Under the pieces are notes generated by a model. It saw nothing but the letters and a program-made list of their open reading frames with translations, had not been told where the DNA came from and made no database searches. This document shows positions 9,092-18,477 of a stretch of 64,000 nt of DNA, piece after piece (the stretch's first letter is position 1; every line of letters starts with the position of its first letter). Origin of the DNA: Gammaproteobacteria bacterium (GTDB lineage: Bacteria; Pseudomonadota; Gammaproteobacteria; SG8-11); the NCBI GenBank assembly GCA_031363085.1, contig JANLTU010000203.1, forward strand, positions 5,544 to 69,543, written 5' to 3'. The position numbers were made by a program, and so were the translations under genes.

Positions 9092-9192
9092 TTCCATTGC
9101 CAGTTTAAAACGCGACTAGGCGGCTGCCGCAGACAGTGCAGTTGCACATCAAGGCGGGGCAACAACGTATCGTTTTAAATTGGCAATGGAAT
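9091..9192. repeat. 22-bp inverted repeat pair between convergent genes
   Basis: ATTCCATTGCCAGTTTAAAACG (9091-9112) versus CGTTTTAAATTGGCAATGGAAT (9171-9192). One mismatch and a 58-nt spacer. Confidence 0.7.
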
Positions 9193-9195
9193 CAA

Positions 9196-10497
9196 TTAAA
9201 ACAAACGCTGGTTGATCCACAAATGCACCGCGATGCTGCCCGCGTAGCCCAGCGCAATCGCCGGTGTCCACTTCAAGTGCGAGAAGAAAGTGTAAGTGCC
9301 GCGCGCCTGGCCCATCAACGCCACGCCCGCTGCCGAACCGATGGACAACAAACTGCCGCCCACACCGGTGGTGAGCGTGATCAATAACCACTGCCCGGTG
9401 GACAGGTCCGGATTCATGTCGAGCACGGCGAACATCAAGGGAATATTGTCAAGCACCGCCGAGACGAGGCCGATCAGCACGTTCGCGGTGGTCGCACCCA
9501 GGTCTTGATATAAGAAATGCGAGACGGTGTCGAGGTAGCCGATGAAGCCCAGCGCGCCGACGCACATCACCACGCCGTAGAAAAAAAACAGCGTGTCCCA
9601 CTCGACGCGTGCGATGTTGCGAAACACGTCGAACGGCGCAGCATCGCTTTTTTTGTGGGCGCGGCCGTGGGTGACGCGCAGAAAATAGCCGAAGAATTTT
9701 AAGTAGGCGAGGCCGGTCATCATGCCGATGACCGGCGGCAGATGCAGGTAGTGATGGAAGGCCACGGCGGTGCCGATGGTCAGAAAAAACAAGGCGACCA
9801 TGCGGCGCGCGCCACGTTTCAGCATGGGCAGCGCGGGTGCCGGCGGCGGCCGGCCGTTGGGCACGGCAACGTGCATCAGCGCGGCGGGGATCAGGTAATT
9901 TACGGCGGCGGGAATGAACAAATTGAAGAAGCCGAGAAAATCCACTTTGCCTTTTTGCCAGACCATCAGCGTGGTGATGTCGCCGAACGGCGTGAACGCG
10001 CCGCCGGCATTGGCGGCGACCACGATGCTGACGCAGGCGATGCCGACGAAACGCGGATTGTCCGCACCCACCGCCAGCACCACGGCGCACATCACCAGCG
10101 CAGTGGTGAGGTTGTCGGCCACGCCGGAAATGAAAAACGCCAGCACGCCGGTGATCCAGAATAATTGTCGATACGAGAACCCGCGCTGCGTGAGCCACAC
10201 GCGCAAGGCTTCGAAGACGCCGCGTTCTTCCAGCGCGTTGATGTAGGTGATGGCGGCGAGCAGGAACAACATCAACTCGCCGAAGTCCAAAAGCTTCAGG
10301 CGCACCGCCGCAGCCACGGCGTGCTGGTCGCCGTTTTGCGCATAGGCCCAAGCGATCAGCGCCCAGATCACCCCGGCCGCCAACACCACCGGTTTGGACT
10401 TGCGCAGATGGGTAAATTCTTCGGCGATGACGGCGAGATAGGCGAGCACGAACAGCGCGAGTGCAAGGTAGCCGACAAAGTGGTTGTTAAGCTGCAT
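9196..10497 (-). CDS. nhaD: Na+/H+ antiporter, NhaD family
   Basis: 433 aa, polytopic. N-terminus MQLNNHFVGYLALALFVLAYLAVIAEEFTHLRKSKPV and FISGVADNLTTALVM are typical of NhaD/ArsB-superfamily antiporters. Confidence 0.8.
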   Translation of the reverse strand: MQLNNHFVGYLALALFVLAYLAVIAEEFTHLRKSKPVVLAAGVIWALIAWAYAQNGDQHAVAAAVRLKLLDFGELMLFLLAAITYINALEERGVFEALRVWLTQRGFSYRQLFWITGVLAFFISGVADNLTTALVMCAVVLAVGADNPRFVGIACVSIVVAANAGGAFTPFGDITTLMVWQKGKVDFLGFFNLFIPAAVNYLIPAALMHVAVPNGRPPPAPALPMLKRGARRMVALFFLTIGTAVAFHHYLHLPPVIGMMTGLAYLKFFGYFLRVTHGRAHKKSDAAPFDVFRNIARVEWDTLFFFYGVVMCVGALGFIGYLDTVSHFLYQDLGATTANVLIGLVSAVLDNIPLMFAVLDMNPDLSTGQWLLITLTTGVGGSLLSIGSAAGVALMGQARGTYTFFSHLKWTPAIALGYAGSIAVHLWINQRLF

Positions 10498-10612
10498 GGT
10501 TTATTTTGCGATTGCCGTTATGATTTGGATGCGTCAGTGGGGAGGGGCATCAAGCTTCGTGGCGCGCAAACGATATTCTGGTAGCGGCATTCTTGAAGAC
10601 GAGTGGGTCAGT

Positions 10613-10626
10613 GTGATTCGAATCAC
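10613..10626. promoter_or_regulatory. Perfect 14-bp palindrome GTGATTCGAATCAC upstream of the lipoprotein gene (candidate operator)
   Basis: Perfect dyad 37 nt upstream of ATG 10663, in the nhaD/lipoprotein divergent region. No known regulator assigned. Confidence 0.2.
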
Positions 10627-10662
10627 GAAAGCGCAGCACTCATGCGAATAGGTCAAAGGATT

Positions 10663-11289
10663 ATGAACCAGATCATGCTTGGCGTAACGCTGTCCTTGCT
10701 ATTAATGAGTGGCGTCACCGCGTGCGCGGTGTTGGACAATACCGCGCACTTAAGCGCGAATATGAGGCGCATCAATTTGCCGCGCTGTGTGCTCGGCGGC
10801 GCCACAATCGCCGCCGACTGCACGGTGAAAGTGTTTGACGGCAATGCCCTCGCGGCGGCGCAGCGCGACGAGCAGGGCGCGTGGTTCATCCTGGTGAGTA
10901 ACGAGTCGGTGATCGCTCCGCGCATTGCGGTTTACAGCGCGCCGGGTTACGAACCGCAAATTCAGGCCACTCGGCTCGGCGTGCGCGACGATGAACAGAT
11001 GGTATTGAAAGCCAAGAGCGACTCGCGCGGCGGTTATCTCGCCGGCGTCGTGTTCAAGAAGACGGATGAAAAAATGACGGGCGGCGTGTGCGGGATTGAA
11101 AACTTTATCGCGAACAAAACCGTCATCATCACGTTTGGCCGTGCCCGTTTTACCGCCACCACTGACAATATCGGAAGTTTTCAGATGGGATTACCCGGCG
11201 GCCGCTATATGGTTAATGTCGACGGCGACAGCCGCGCAGTCGACGTGCCAGAAGATGACACCATGTTCGTTGTGGTGCCGGTGAAGTGA
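10663..11289 (+). CDS. Lipoprotein with carboxypeptidase-regulatory-like beta-sandwich region
   Basis: Internal ATG at 10663 gives MNQIMLGVTLSLLLMSGVTAC (lipobox L-M-S-G-V-T-A-C region). The C-terminus GRYMVNVDGDSRAVDVPEDDTMFVVVPV resembles a CarboxypepD_reg-like fold. Confidence 0.55.
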   Translation: MNQIMLGVTLSLLLMSGVTACAVLDNTAHLSANMRRINLPRCVLGGATIAADCTVKVFDGNALAAAQRDEQGAWFILVSNESVIAPRIAVYSAPGYEPQIQATRLGVRDDEQMVLKAKSDSRGGYLAGVVFKKTDEKMTGGVCGIENFIANKTVIITFGRARFTATTDNIGSFQMGLPGGRYMVNVDGDSRAVDVPEDDTMFVVVPVK

Positions 11290-11307
11290 AACTCTAGGAG
11301 TAGAAGT

Positions 11308-12996
11308 ATGCGTCGCGGGATAGCAGTGTTCGTTAGCATGGTGTCGTTGCTGTGGCAGGTTGGTGCACACGCTGCGATTGACTGGGATGCCAAGTTACGT
11401 GCGGAATTGCAGCCACAACACGCCAGTATTGCGGCCGGCATAGCGGCACTCAGCACCGAAACTACCGTGCAACCCATCCGTCATCTGTCGCCGTTGCTCG
11501 CCGCCGCACGAGTGCACTGGAGTGAGCTGAGCGAAGAGACCCGCGCGCTGGTACGTCCCTGGATGTTGCGGCCGACCAGTTCCGGTCCGTCGTACGAAAA
11601 ACCCGCCTGGGTATACCCGCCCACGGCCACTGTCAGTGTGCGAGTAACTGCTCATTTCAGAATTCATTTCCTGGATAAACAGACTTACCCCAATGGAGCA
11701 AATGCCGCAACGCAACTGTTTGTGAAGTCCGTGGCGGACGTATTAGAGGAGGTATGGGCGAAGGAGAATAGCCTTGGCTATGCCGCTGTGCCGCCGGATA
11801 CCGCTGCCCTGGACAATGGCGGTGGTGACGCCTATGACGTGTATCTTACGAACCTGGGTCCAGACGGCTATTACGGATATGTTCAGCCCGAAGACTATAG
11901 CAATGAACTGGGCCGTCCCCATGGCGCTTACAGCTACATGGTGTTGGATAACGACTACACCGACCCCATATTCAATAGCGCTGCCGACCCTGTGTTGCCG
12001 ATCAAAGTAACGGTGGCGCATGAATATTTTCACGCGATCCAGCTTGGTTATTCACTTGGGGAAGACGCGGCCTTTGCGGAACAAACCGCGACGTGGATGG
12101 AAGATGTCGTATATCCGGATATCCACGATAATTACCAATATCTCGGCGAGGTCTATACCGACATCGACGGCAACGGTCGATATACGGCAGGCGAGCCCTA
12201 TGCTGACCGCAATGGTAACGGCCGGCGCGATGTGGGGAGTTCCAATTACCCGGAAGCGCCGCTCGATGCGTTTGATGAGCCTAAGCGAGTGCAGTACGGT
12301 CGCTTTGTTTGGATTCACTATCTGACGCAAAACTACGGCGAGGCTGTGATCCGCAGTATCTGGGAGCAGTTCTCGAAATCCCCTGGCGATTCCTACGCGG
12401 CAATCAATGCGGTATTGCAGGCTAAGGGGAAGACGCTCGCACGGGTATACCAGGATTATGCGACCTGGGGTTACGACAAGAGTTTGTTCACTAATGGAAG
12501 CAACTATCCGCTGGTATTGGTTGATCGTTCTCAGAGCGGCAGTTCCGCAGCATTTTCTTCGCAGGAGTCACCGGCGCTTAAGTCACTCTCCAGCACTACA
12601 CCACAGTTGCATTTGTCCACGGTGTATAGCCAGATTGTAAATCCGAGTGGCGGATATAGCTTCAGCAGCAGTGGTGGTGGTACGGCGGAACTTACGGTGC
12701 TGGTTGACTACGGCAGCGGTTCGTTGCAGCACCAGATAGTCACGTTGAGCGGCGGCAGCGGCACGTGGGTAACGCCGTCCGGCGCGGTGAAAGCGATCCT
12801 GGTAATTTCCAACGTATCCGCTTTCAATAATGGGATGAGCTGGAATTTTTCGAGCGGCATTGCACCCGCTACGAAGAAATCAGGCAAGGGTGAAATTGAT
12901 GCTTGGTTTGTGTTGCTGTTAGCAATGAGTAGTGCATTTTGTTATCGGCGCCGAATTCAGGTGCTTCAGGCGCCGAGTTCAACTCAGGCTTTGTAA
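11308..12996 (+). CDS. Secreted HExxH zinc metalloprotease with C-terminal exosortase-type sorting-like tail
   Basis: Signal peptide [37 protein letters not shown] is an HExxH motif. DIDGNGRY / DRNGNGRRD are Ca-binding-like loops. The tail is [26 protein letters not shown] (motif, TM helix, Arg cluster). Confidence 0.7.
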   Translation: MRRGIAVFVSMVSLLWQVGAHAAIDWDAKLRAELQPQHASIAAGIAALSTETTVQPIRHLSPLLAAARVHWSELSEETRALVRPWMLRPTSSGPSYEKPAWVYPPTATVSVRVTAHFRIHFLDKQTYPNGANAATQLFVKSVADVLEEVWAKENSLGYAAVPPDTAALDNGGGDAYDVYLTNLGPDGYYGYVQPEDYSNELGRPHGAYSYMVLDNDYTDPIFNSAADPVLPIKVTVAHEYFHAIQLGYSLGEDAAFAEQTATWMEDVVYPDIHDNYQYLGEVYTDIDGNGRYTAGEPYADRNGNGRRDVGSSNYPEAPLDAFDEPKRVQYGRFVWIHYLTQNYGEAVIRSIWEQFSKSPGDSYAAINAVLQAKGKTLARVYQDYATWGYDKSLFTNGSNYPLVLVDRSQSGSSAAFSSQESPALKSLSSTTPQLHLSTVYSQIVNPSGGYSFSSSGGGTAELTVLVDYGSGSLQHQIVTLSGGSGTWVTPSGAVKAILVISNVSAFNNGMSWNFSSGIAPATKKSGKGEIDAWFVLLLAMSSAFCYRRRIQVLQAPSSTQAL

Positions 12997-13991
12997 AACC
13001 CGCGATACCAATCCACGAAGCGCTGTATTCCCGACTCAATCGTTGTTGCAGGCTTGTAGCCGACGTCTTGCTCCAGGGCTTCGATGTCGGCGTAGGTCGC
13101 CGGCACATCGCCCGGCTGCAGCGGCAGGAAGTTGTACTGCGCTTTTTTGCCTAAGCAGCTCTCCAGCGTTTCAATGTATTTCATCAATTCCACCGGTTGG
13201 TTGTTGCCGATGTTGTACAGCCTATAGGGCGCGTTGCTGGTGGCGGAATCCGGGTCGTCGCTCGACCATGCGGGATTGGGTTTGGCGACGTTATCCAAGG
13301 TGCGGATGACGCCTTCGACGATGTCGTCGATGTAGGTGAAGTCGCGTTTGTGTTTGCCGTGGTTGAACACGTCGATGGGCTTGCCGGCGAGGATGTTCTT
13401 GGTGAACATGAAAAGCGCCATGTCTGGACGACCCCAGGGGCCGTACACGGTAAAGAAGCGCAGGCCGGTGGTCGGCAGCCGGTATAAATGTGCGTAGGTG
13501 TGCGCCATCAACTCGTTGGCTTTCTTGGTCGCCGCGTACAGGCTGACCGGGTGATCGACATTGTGATGCACCGAAAACGGCATGTGAGTGTTGGAGCCGT
13601 ACACCGAACTACTCGACGCGTATACCAAGTGCTCCACGCCATTATGACGGCAGCCTTCCAGAATATTGGTGAAGCCCAGGATGTTGCTTTCGATGTAAGC
13701 ATGCGGATTTTGCAGTGAATAACGCACGCCCGCTTGCGCGGCGAGATTGACCACTTTGTGCGGCTGGTACTTCTTGAAAGTTGCTGCCATCGCCGCGCGG
13801 TCTTCGATATTGATGCGCACGTCGGTGAAATTTTTGTGATCCTGCACGCGCGCCAGTCGCGCCTGTTTGAGGGTGACGTCGTAGTAGTCGTTGAGGTTGT
13901 CGATACCGATAACTTCATCGCCGCGTGCTAGCAAACGGATGGCCAGTGCATTACCAATAAATCCGGCGGTGCCGGTGACTAGAATTTTCAT
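12984..13991 (-). CDS. NAD-dependent epimerase, UDP-glucuronate 4-epimerase (CapI/GAE)-like
   Basis: [21 protein letters not shown]...[12 protein letters not shown]..., [11 protein letters not shown] (YxxxK). 335 aa, SDR extended family. Confidence 0.8.
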   Translation of the reverse strand: MKILVTGTAGFIGNALAIRLLARGDEVIGIDNLNDYYDVTLKQARLARVQDHKNFTDVRINIEDRAAMAATFKKYQPHKVVNLAAQAGVRYSLQNPHAYIESNILGFTNILEGCRHNGVEHLVYASSSSVYGSNTHMPFSVHHNVDHPVSLYAATKKANELMAHTYAHLYRLPTTGLRFFTVYGPWGRPDMALFMFTKNILAGKPIDVFNHGKHKRDFTYIDDIVEGVIRTLDNVAKPNPAWSSDDPDSATSNAPYRLYNIGNNQPVELMKYIETLESCLGKKAQYNFLPLQPGDVPATYADIEALEQDVGYKPATTIESGIQRFVDWYRGFYKA

Positions 13992-14010
13992 TTAATCCTC
14001 TGGTTGAAAG

Positions 14011-14080
14011 AATGTTGAAAGTTGAATGCTTAATGGAGGTGTGCGCGCAGCGCACGCTTGAATTCAACATTCAACATGCA
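14011..14080. repeat. REP-like palindromic element, copy 2
   Basis: AATGTTGAAAGTTGAATG... GTGCGC-GCA-GCGCAC hairpin ...GAATTCAACATTCAACATG. Lies between the dehydrogenase stop (14091) and the epimerase start (13991). Confidence 0.7.
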
Positions 14081-14090
14081 AAATTTTCTT

Positions 14091-15368
14091 TTAAAGCCGC
14101 CCGTCCACCTTGTCCCGCGGCAACAGTGATTTCACGTCGTATAACACGCTGCCGGCTTTACCCAGCGCGCGGATTTTGTCGACGCCCATGTCTTTGAACT
14201 GCTGATGCGATACGGCCAGGATCACGGCGTCGTATTTGCCGTTTTCGAGCTTGCTGATCGGCGTGATGCCGTATTCGTGTTGGGCTTCTGCGGCGTCGAT
14301 CCACGGGTCGTACACGTCGACTTTGGCGCCGTAGTTCTGGAATTCCTTGATCATGTCGATGACGCGCGTGTTGCGCAAGTCAGGGCAGTTTTCCTTGAAG
14401 GTGAGCCCGAGCATCAGCACGTTGGAATCCGCCACATGCATGCGTTTCTTGAGCATCAGCTTGACCACCGACTCCGTGACATAGGCGCCCATGTTGTCAT
14501 TAATGCGCCGGCCCGCCAGGATCACTTCCGGGTGGTAGCCGATCTCCTGTGCCTTGTGTGTTAAATAGTAGGGATCGACGCCGATGCAATGCCCGCCGAC
14601 CAAGCCGGGGCGGAACGGCAGAAAATTCCATTTGGTGCCGGCGGCTTCCAGCACATCCAGCGTGTCGATGCCGAGGCGATGAAAAATCAGCGCCAGCTCG
14701 TTGATCAGCGCGATGTTGACGTCGCGCTGCGTGTTCTCGATTACTTTCGCCGCTTCGGCGACTTTGATGCTGCTGGCCTTGTGCGTGCCAGCGGTGATGA
14801 TTTTGCGGTACACCTTGTCGACATAGTCGGCCGCTGCCGGCGTGGAGCCGGACGTGACTTTTAAAATCGACGTCACGCGGTGTTCCTTGTCGCCGGGGTT
14901 GATGCGTTCGGGGCTGTAGCCGCAGAAAAAGTCGGTATTGAATTTCAGGCCGGATAATTTCTCCATGATCGGCACGCAGATCTCTTCGGTGCAGCCGGGA
15001 TACACGGTGGATTCGAACACTGCGACGTCGCCTTTCTTCAGCACTTGGCCAATCGTGCGGCTGGCGCTTTCCACCGGGCGCAGGTCCGGGCGCTTGAATT
15101 CGTCAACTGGCGTGGGCACGGTGACGATGAAAAAATTGCAGGTTTTCAGCGCTTGCAGGTCGCTGGTGTAGGTGATTTTAGTGGCTTGCTTTAGCTCCTC
15201 GGGCGACACCTCCAGCGTGTGGTCCTTGCCGGACTTCAGCTCGTCGATGCGCTTGGTGTTAATGTCAAAACCGATGGTGGCAATGCTCTTGCCGAATTCC
15301 ACCGCCAGCGGCAGCCCAACATAGCCTAAGCCGATGATGCCGATACGCGTCTGGTCGAGATTGAACAT
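14091..15368 (-). CDS. Nucleotide-sugar dehydrogenase, TviB/WbpO/CapL-like (UDP-N-acetyl-hexosamine 6-dehydrogenase)
   Basis: [27 protein letters not shown]... 425 aa, with the catalytic-Cys region [12 protein letters not shown]. Confidence 0.8.
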   Translation of the reverse strand: MFNLDQTRIGIIGLGYVGLPLAVEFGKSIATIGFDINTKRIDELKSGKDHTLEVSPEELKQATKITYTSDLQALKTCNFFIVTVPTPVDEFKRPDLRPVESASRTIGQVLKKGDVAVFESTVYPGCTEEICVPIMEKLSGLKFNTDFFCGYSPERINPGDKEHRVTSILKVTSGSTPAAADYVDKVYRKIITAGTHKASSIKVAEAAKVIENTQRDVNIALINELALIFHRLGIDTLDVLEAAGTKWNFLPFRPGLVGGHCIGVDPYYLTHKAQEIGYHPEVILAGRRINDNMGAYVTESVVKLMLKKRMHVADSNVLMLGLTFKENCPDLRNTRVIDMIKEFQNYGAKVDVYDPWIDAAEAQHEYGITPISKLENGKYDAVILAVSHQQFKDMGVDKIRALGKAGSVLYDVKSLLPRDKVDGRL

Positions 15369-15394
15369 GTGAGGTGCTCCGTTGCAGCCAAAAG

Positions 15395-16726
15395 TTAGAG
15401 TGCTTGCCCGCGACCGATGGCGAAATATTCCAGGCCCATTTTTTTCATCAAGTTCGGGTCGTACAAATTACGTCCGTCGAAAATCACCGGCTGTTTGAGC
15501 GTGGCCTTGATTTTGTCGAAGTCCGGACTGCGGAACACGTTCCACTCGGTGACGATGGCCAGCGCATCGGCGCCGGTGAGTGTCTCCATCGGGTTCTTGC
15601 ACAGTTTCAGGTCGGCGCGCTCGCCGTAGATGCGGTGAGTTTCGTGGCTGGCTTCGGGGTCGAAGGCTTGCACCTTGGCGCCTTGTTCCCACAGCGCTTC
15701 CATCAACACGCGGCTGGGGGCTTCGCGCATGTCGTCGGTGTTGGGTTTGAAGGCCAAGCCCCACACGGCGATGGTTTTGCCTTTGAGTTGGCCGTCGAAG
15801 TATTTATTAATCTTGGCAAACAGCACGTGTTTTTGGCGCTCATTGACGGCTTCGACCGCTTGCAGCAATTGCGAGTTATAGCCGACCTTGGTGGCGGTTT
15901 TTTCCAGCGCCGAGACATCTTTGGGAAAACACGAACCGCCGTAACCGCAGCCGGGATAAATAAAGTGGTAGCCGATGCGTGGATCGGAACCGATGCCGAT
16001 GCGCACCTTCTCGATATCCGCGCCCAGTTTTTCAGCGAGGTTGGCGATTTCGTTCATGAAGCTGATCTTGGTGGCGAGCATCGCATTGGCCGCGTATTTG
16101 GTCAGCTCGGCGGAGCGGATATCCATACTGATCAAGCGTTCGTGATTGCGCGTGAAGGGTGCGTATAACGCGCGCAGTAATTCGGTGGTGCGCGGGTTGT
16201 CGGTGCCGATCACGATGCGGTCCGGTTTCATGAAGTCGTCGATGGCGGCGCCTTCTTTCAAGAATTCTGGGTTTGAAACCACATCGAATTCAACGCTGAT
16301 TTTACGCAGCGCCAGCGACTTCAGAATTTGCTCGCGCACCCTGTCGGCGGTGCCCACCGGCACCGTCGACTTGTCGACCACCACGCGGTATTCGGTCATC
16401 AGTTCACCGATGGTTTTGGCCACGGCGGTGACGTATTGCATGTCGGCCGAGCCGTCTTCATCCGGCGGTGTGCCCACCGCGATGAATTGAAACAAGCCGT
16501 GCGCGACGCCTTCTTTGGCGTCGGTGGTGAATTTCAAGCGACCGGATTCGGTGTTCTTGTGCACCATCGCTTCCAGGCCCGGCTCGAAGATCGGCACTTC
16601 ACCGCGCTTGAGCATTTCAGTTTTGCGCGGGTCGATGTCGACACACAGCACATCGTTGCCGACTTCGGCGAGGCAGGTGCCGGTGACCAGTCCAACATAT
16701 CCCGAGCCGTAGATGGTGACTTTCAT
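15395..16726 (-). CDS. ugd: UDP-glucose 6-dehydrogenase
   Basis: [32 protein letters not shown]..., [11 protein letters not shown] active-site motif. 443 aa. Confidence 0.9.
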   Translation of the reverse strand: MKVTIYGSGYVGLVTGTCLAEVGNDVLCVDIDPRKTEMLKRGEVPIFEPGLEAMVHKNTESGRLKFTTDAKEGVAHGLFQFIAVGTPPDEDGSADMQYVTAVAKTIGELMTEYRVVVDKSTVPVGTADRVREQILKSLALRKISVEFDVVSNPEFLKEGAAIDDFMKPDRIVIGTDNPRTTELLRALYAPFTRNHERLISMDIRSAELTKYAANAMLATKISFMNEIANLAEKLGADIEKVRIGIGSDPRIGYHFIYPGCGYGGSCFPKDVSALEKTATKVGYNSQLLQAVEAVNERQKHVLFAKINKYFDGQLKGKTIAVWGLAFKPNTDDMREAPSRVLMEALWEQGAKVQAFDPEASHETHRIYGERADLKLCKNPMETLTGADALAIVTEWNVFRSPDFDKIKATLKQPVIFDGRNLYDPNLMKKMGLEYFAIGRGQAL

Positions 16727-16821
16727 TGTCGTGTTCCTTGCGTGGGGTGCGCCGTGCGCACCGGTGTTGACTTCAAACTGTTGTTTTAATACGGCGCAAT
16801 GGATTTACTCATAACGGCCGA

Positions 16822-17817
16822 TCACGCGCCTGCTTTACCGGCCAGCTTTTTTTCCCAATTCAGCGACGTGCGCACAATCGCGTCGAGGTCGTCGAAGCGC
16901 GGCGTCCAGCCCAACACCGCGCGAATGCGCGTGGTGGCGGCGATCAGCGCCGGCGGGTCGCCAGCGCGGCGTGGCTGCTCTTTAATATTAAGCTGCACAC
17001 CGCTGACGCGCTGCACTGCGTCCAGTACTTGGCGCACGCTATACCCGTGGCCGTAGCCGCAGTTCAGCGTCACCGATGCGCCCTTGTCGCGCAAATAGTC
17101 GAGCGCGTGCAAATGCGCGCCGGCTAAATCTTCCACATGAATATAGTCGCGCACACCGGTGCCGTCGGGGGTTGCGTAGTCGGTGCCGAAAATGGAAACC
17201 GACGCGCGCTTGCCCACCGCGTGTTCGCAGGCCACCTTGGTCAGCAAGGTGGCATTGAGCGTGGACTGACCAATGCGGCCTTCGGGATCGGAGCCCGCCA
17301 CGTTGAAATAACGCAGCGACACATGACGCAGTGTGGTGGCGGCGGCCAGATCGCGCAACATCCACTCGGTCATTAGTTTCGACGTGCCGTAGGGGTTGAT
17401 CGGCGCGAGCGGCGTGTCTTCGGAGGCGAACTCGCCTTGCGGCATGCCGTAAACCGCCGCCGTCGACGAAAAAATAACGTGCCGCACCCCGGCGCTGGCG
17501 CAGCTCTCCAGCAGGTTGCGCGAATTGCAGGTGTTGTTGCGGTAATACTTGAGCGGGTCGGAGACCGACTCCGGCACGATGGTGTGTGCGGCGAAATGCA
17601 ATACCGCTTCAATGTCGTGTTCGCGCAGGATGCGGCCGACTAAATCCAGGTCGCCGGTGTCGCCGACCACCAGCGTGCCGCTGAGTATCGATTCTCTAAA
17701 GCCGGTGGACAGGTTATCGAGGATCACCACGCGTTCGCCGCGCTCACCGAGTTGGCGCACGACGTGGCTGCCAATGTAACCGGCGCCGCCGGTGACTAGA
17801 ATTCCTGAATTGGACAT
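16822..17817 (-). CDS. galE: UDP-glucose 4-epimerase
   Basis: ILVTGGAGYIGSHVVRQL..., YGTSKLMTE (YxxxK). 331 aa. Confidence 0.88.
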   Translation of the reverse strand: MSNSGILVTGGAGYIGSHVVRQLGERGERVVILDNLSTGFRESILSGTLVVGDTGDLDLVGRILREHDIEAVLHFAAHTIVPESVSDPLKYYRNNTCNSRNLLESCASAGVRHVIFSSTAAVYGMPQGEFASEDTPLAPINPYGTSKLMTEWMLRDLAAATTLRHVSLRYFNVAGSDPEGRIGQSTLNATLLTKVACEHAVGKRASVSIFGTDYATPDGTGVRDYIHVEDLAGAHLHALDYLRDKGASVTLNCGYGHGYSVRQVLDAVQRVSGVQLNIKEQPRRAGDPPALIAATTRIRAVLGWTPRFDDLDAIVRTSLNWEKKLAGKAGA

Positions 17818-18044
17818 GAGGTAGTCGCTCTTGCTGTGAGTGGGTGTGTCCGTGAGCCTACAGAAAATATCCCGTCAGACTAGTCTAGTCGGCCGTGCAT
17901 AAATTGCTGGCTGGGGCGGGCGCACATTTTAGTCAATTATCGGGGTGGAGCAATAGATGTTTGGTTGTTGATGGTTGACCGGCAATGCCGCGCGAGTGGG
18001 TTGCTATACTTGGCTCACCTCCACTCACTCATAAAGGCCCCTCC

Positions 18045-18452
18045 ATGAACATCTCACGTCCCGCTCGTCCCGGAATCGCCGCACTGCTGTTTGCGAGCTT
18101 TCTGTTCGCCACGATCATCGCGCCTGCCGCGCAAGCGCAAATGGTCGGCACCGATGCGTTGCTGCGTGCACAGCAAATGCAACAGGAACGTGCGGCGGTG
18201 GCAACGGCGCTTGCGCGCAGCGATATCCGCGCGGCCTTGCTGAAGTACGGCGTTGAACCGGCGCAGGTGCAGGCGCGTGTCGACAGTTTGAGCGCCGACG
18301 AAGTGCATACGCTGGCGCACGACATCGAACAACTGCCGGCCGCCGGTGACGATCCGCTGGGCATTCTGTTGTTTGTGTTTGTATTGCTGCTGATCACCGA
18401 CATCCTTGGTTTGACGCACGTGTTTCCGTTCGTGAATCACAAGCATCGTTGA
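18045..18452 (+). CDS. PA2779-family-like small exported protein with C-terminal TM anchor
   Basis: ATG at 18045 gives MNISRPARPGIAALLFASFLFATIIAPAAQA (signal peptide), a helical middle, and the C-terminal helix LGILLFVFVLLLITDILGL. Paired with a C39-like peptidase, as in the PA2779/PA2778 pair (family names recalled, not searched). Confidence 0.6.
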   Translation: MNISRPARPGIAALLFASFLFATIIAPAAQAQMVGTDALLRAQQMQQERAAVATALARSDIRAALLKYGVEPAQVQARVDSLSADEVHTLAHDIEQLPAAGDDPLGILLFVFVLLLITDILGLTHVFPFVNHKHR

Positions 18453-18477
18453 GGTTTATGACAGAGTTATTGCAGTG

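Noticed and set aside
15374-16168. 264-aa plus-strand ORF opposite ugd. Similar long antisense ORFs occur at 2706-3527, 46558-47364, 52984-53631, 56415-57038 and 59174-59977.
   Set aside because: All overlap genes with clear signatures on the other strand and look like GC-driven shadow frames.
17975-18010. TTGACC ... TATACT as a sigma-70 promoter for the PA2779-like gene
   Set aside because: The spacer is 24 nt, far from the 16-18 nt optimum.
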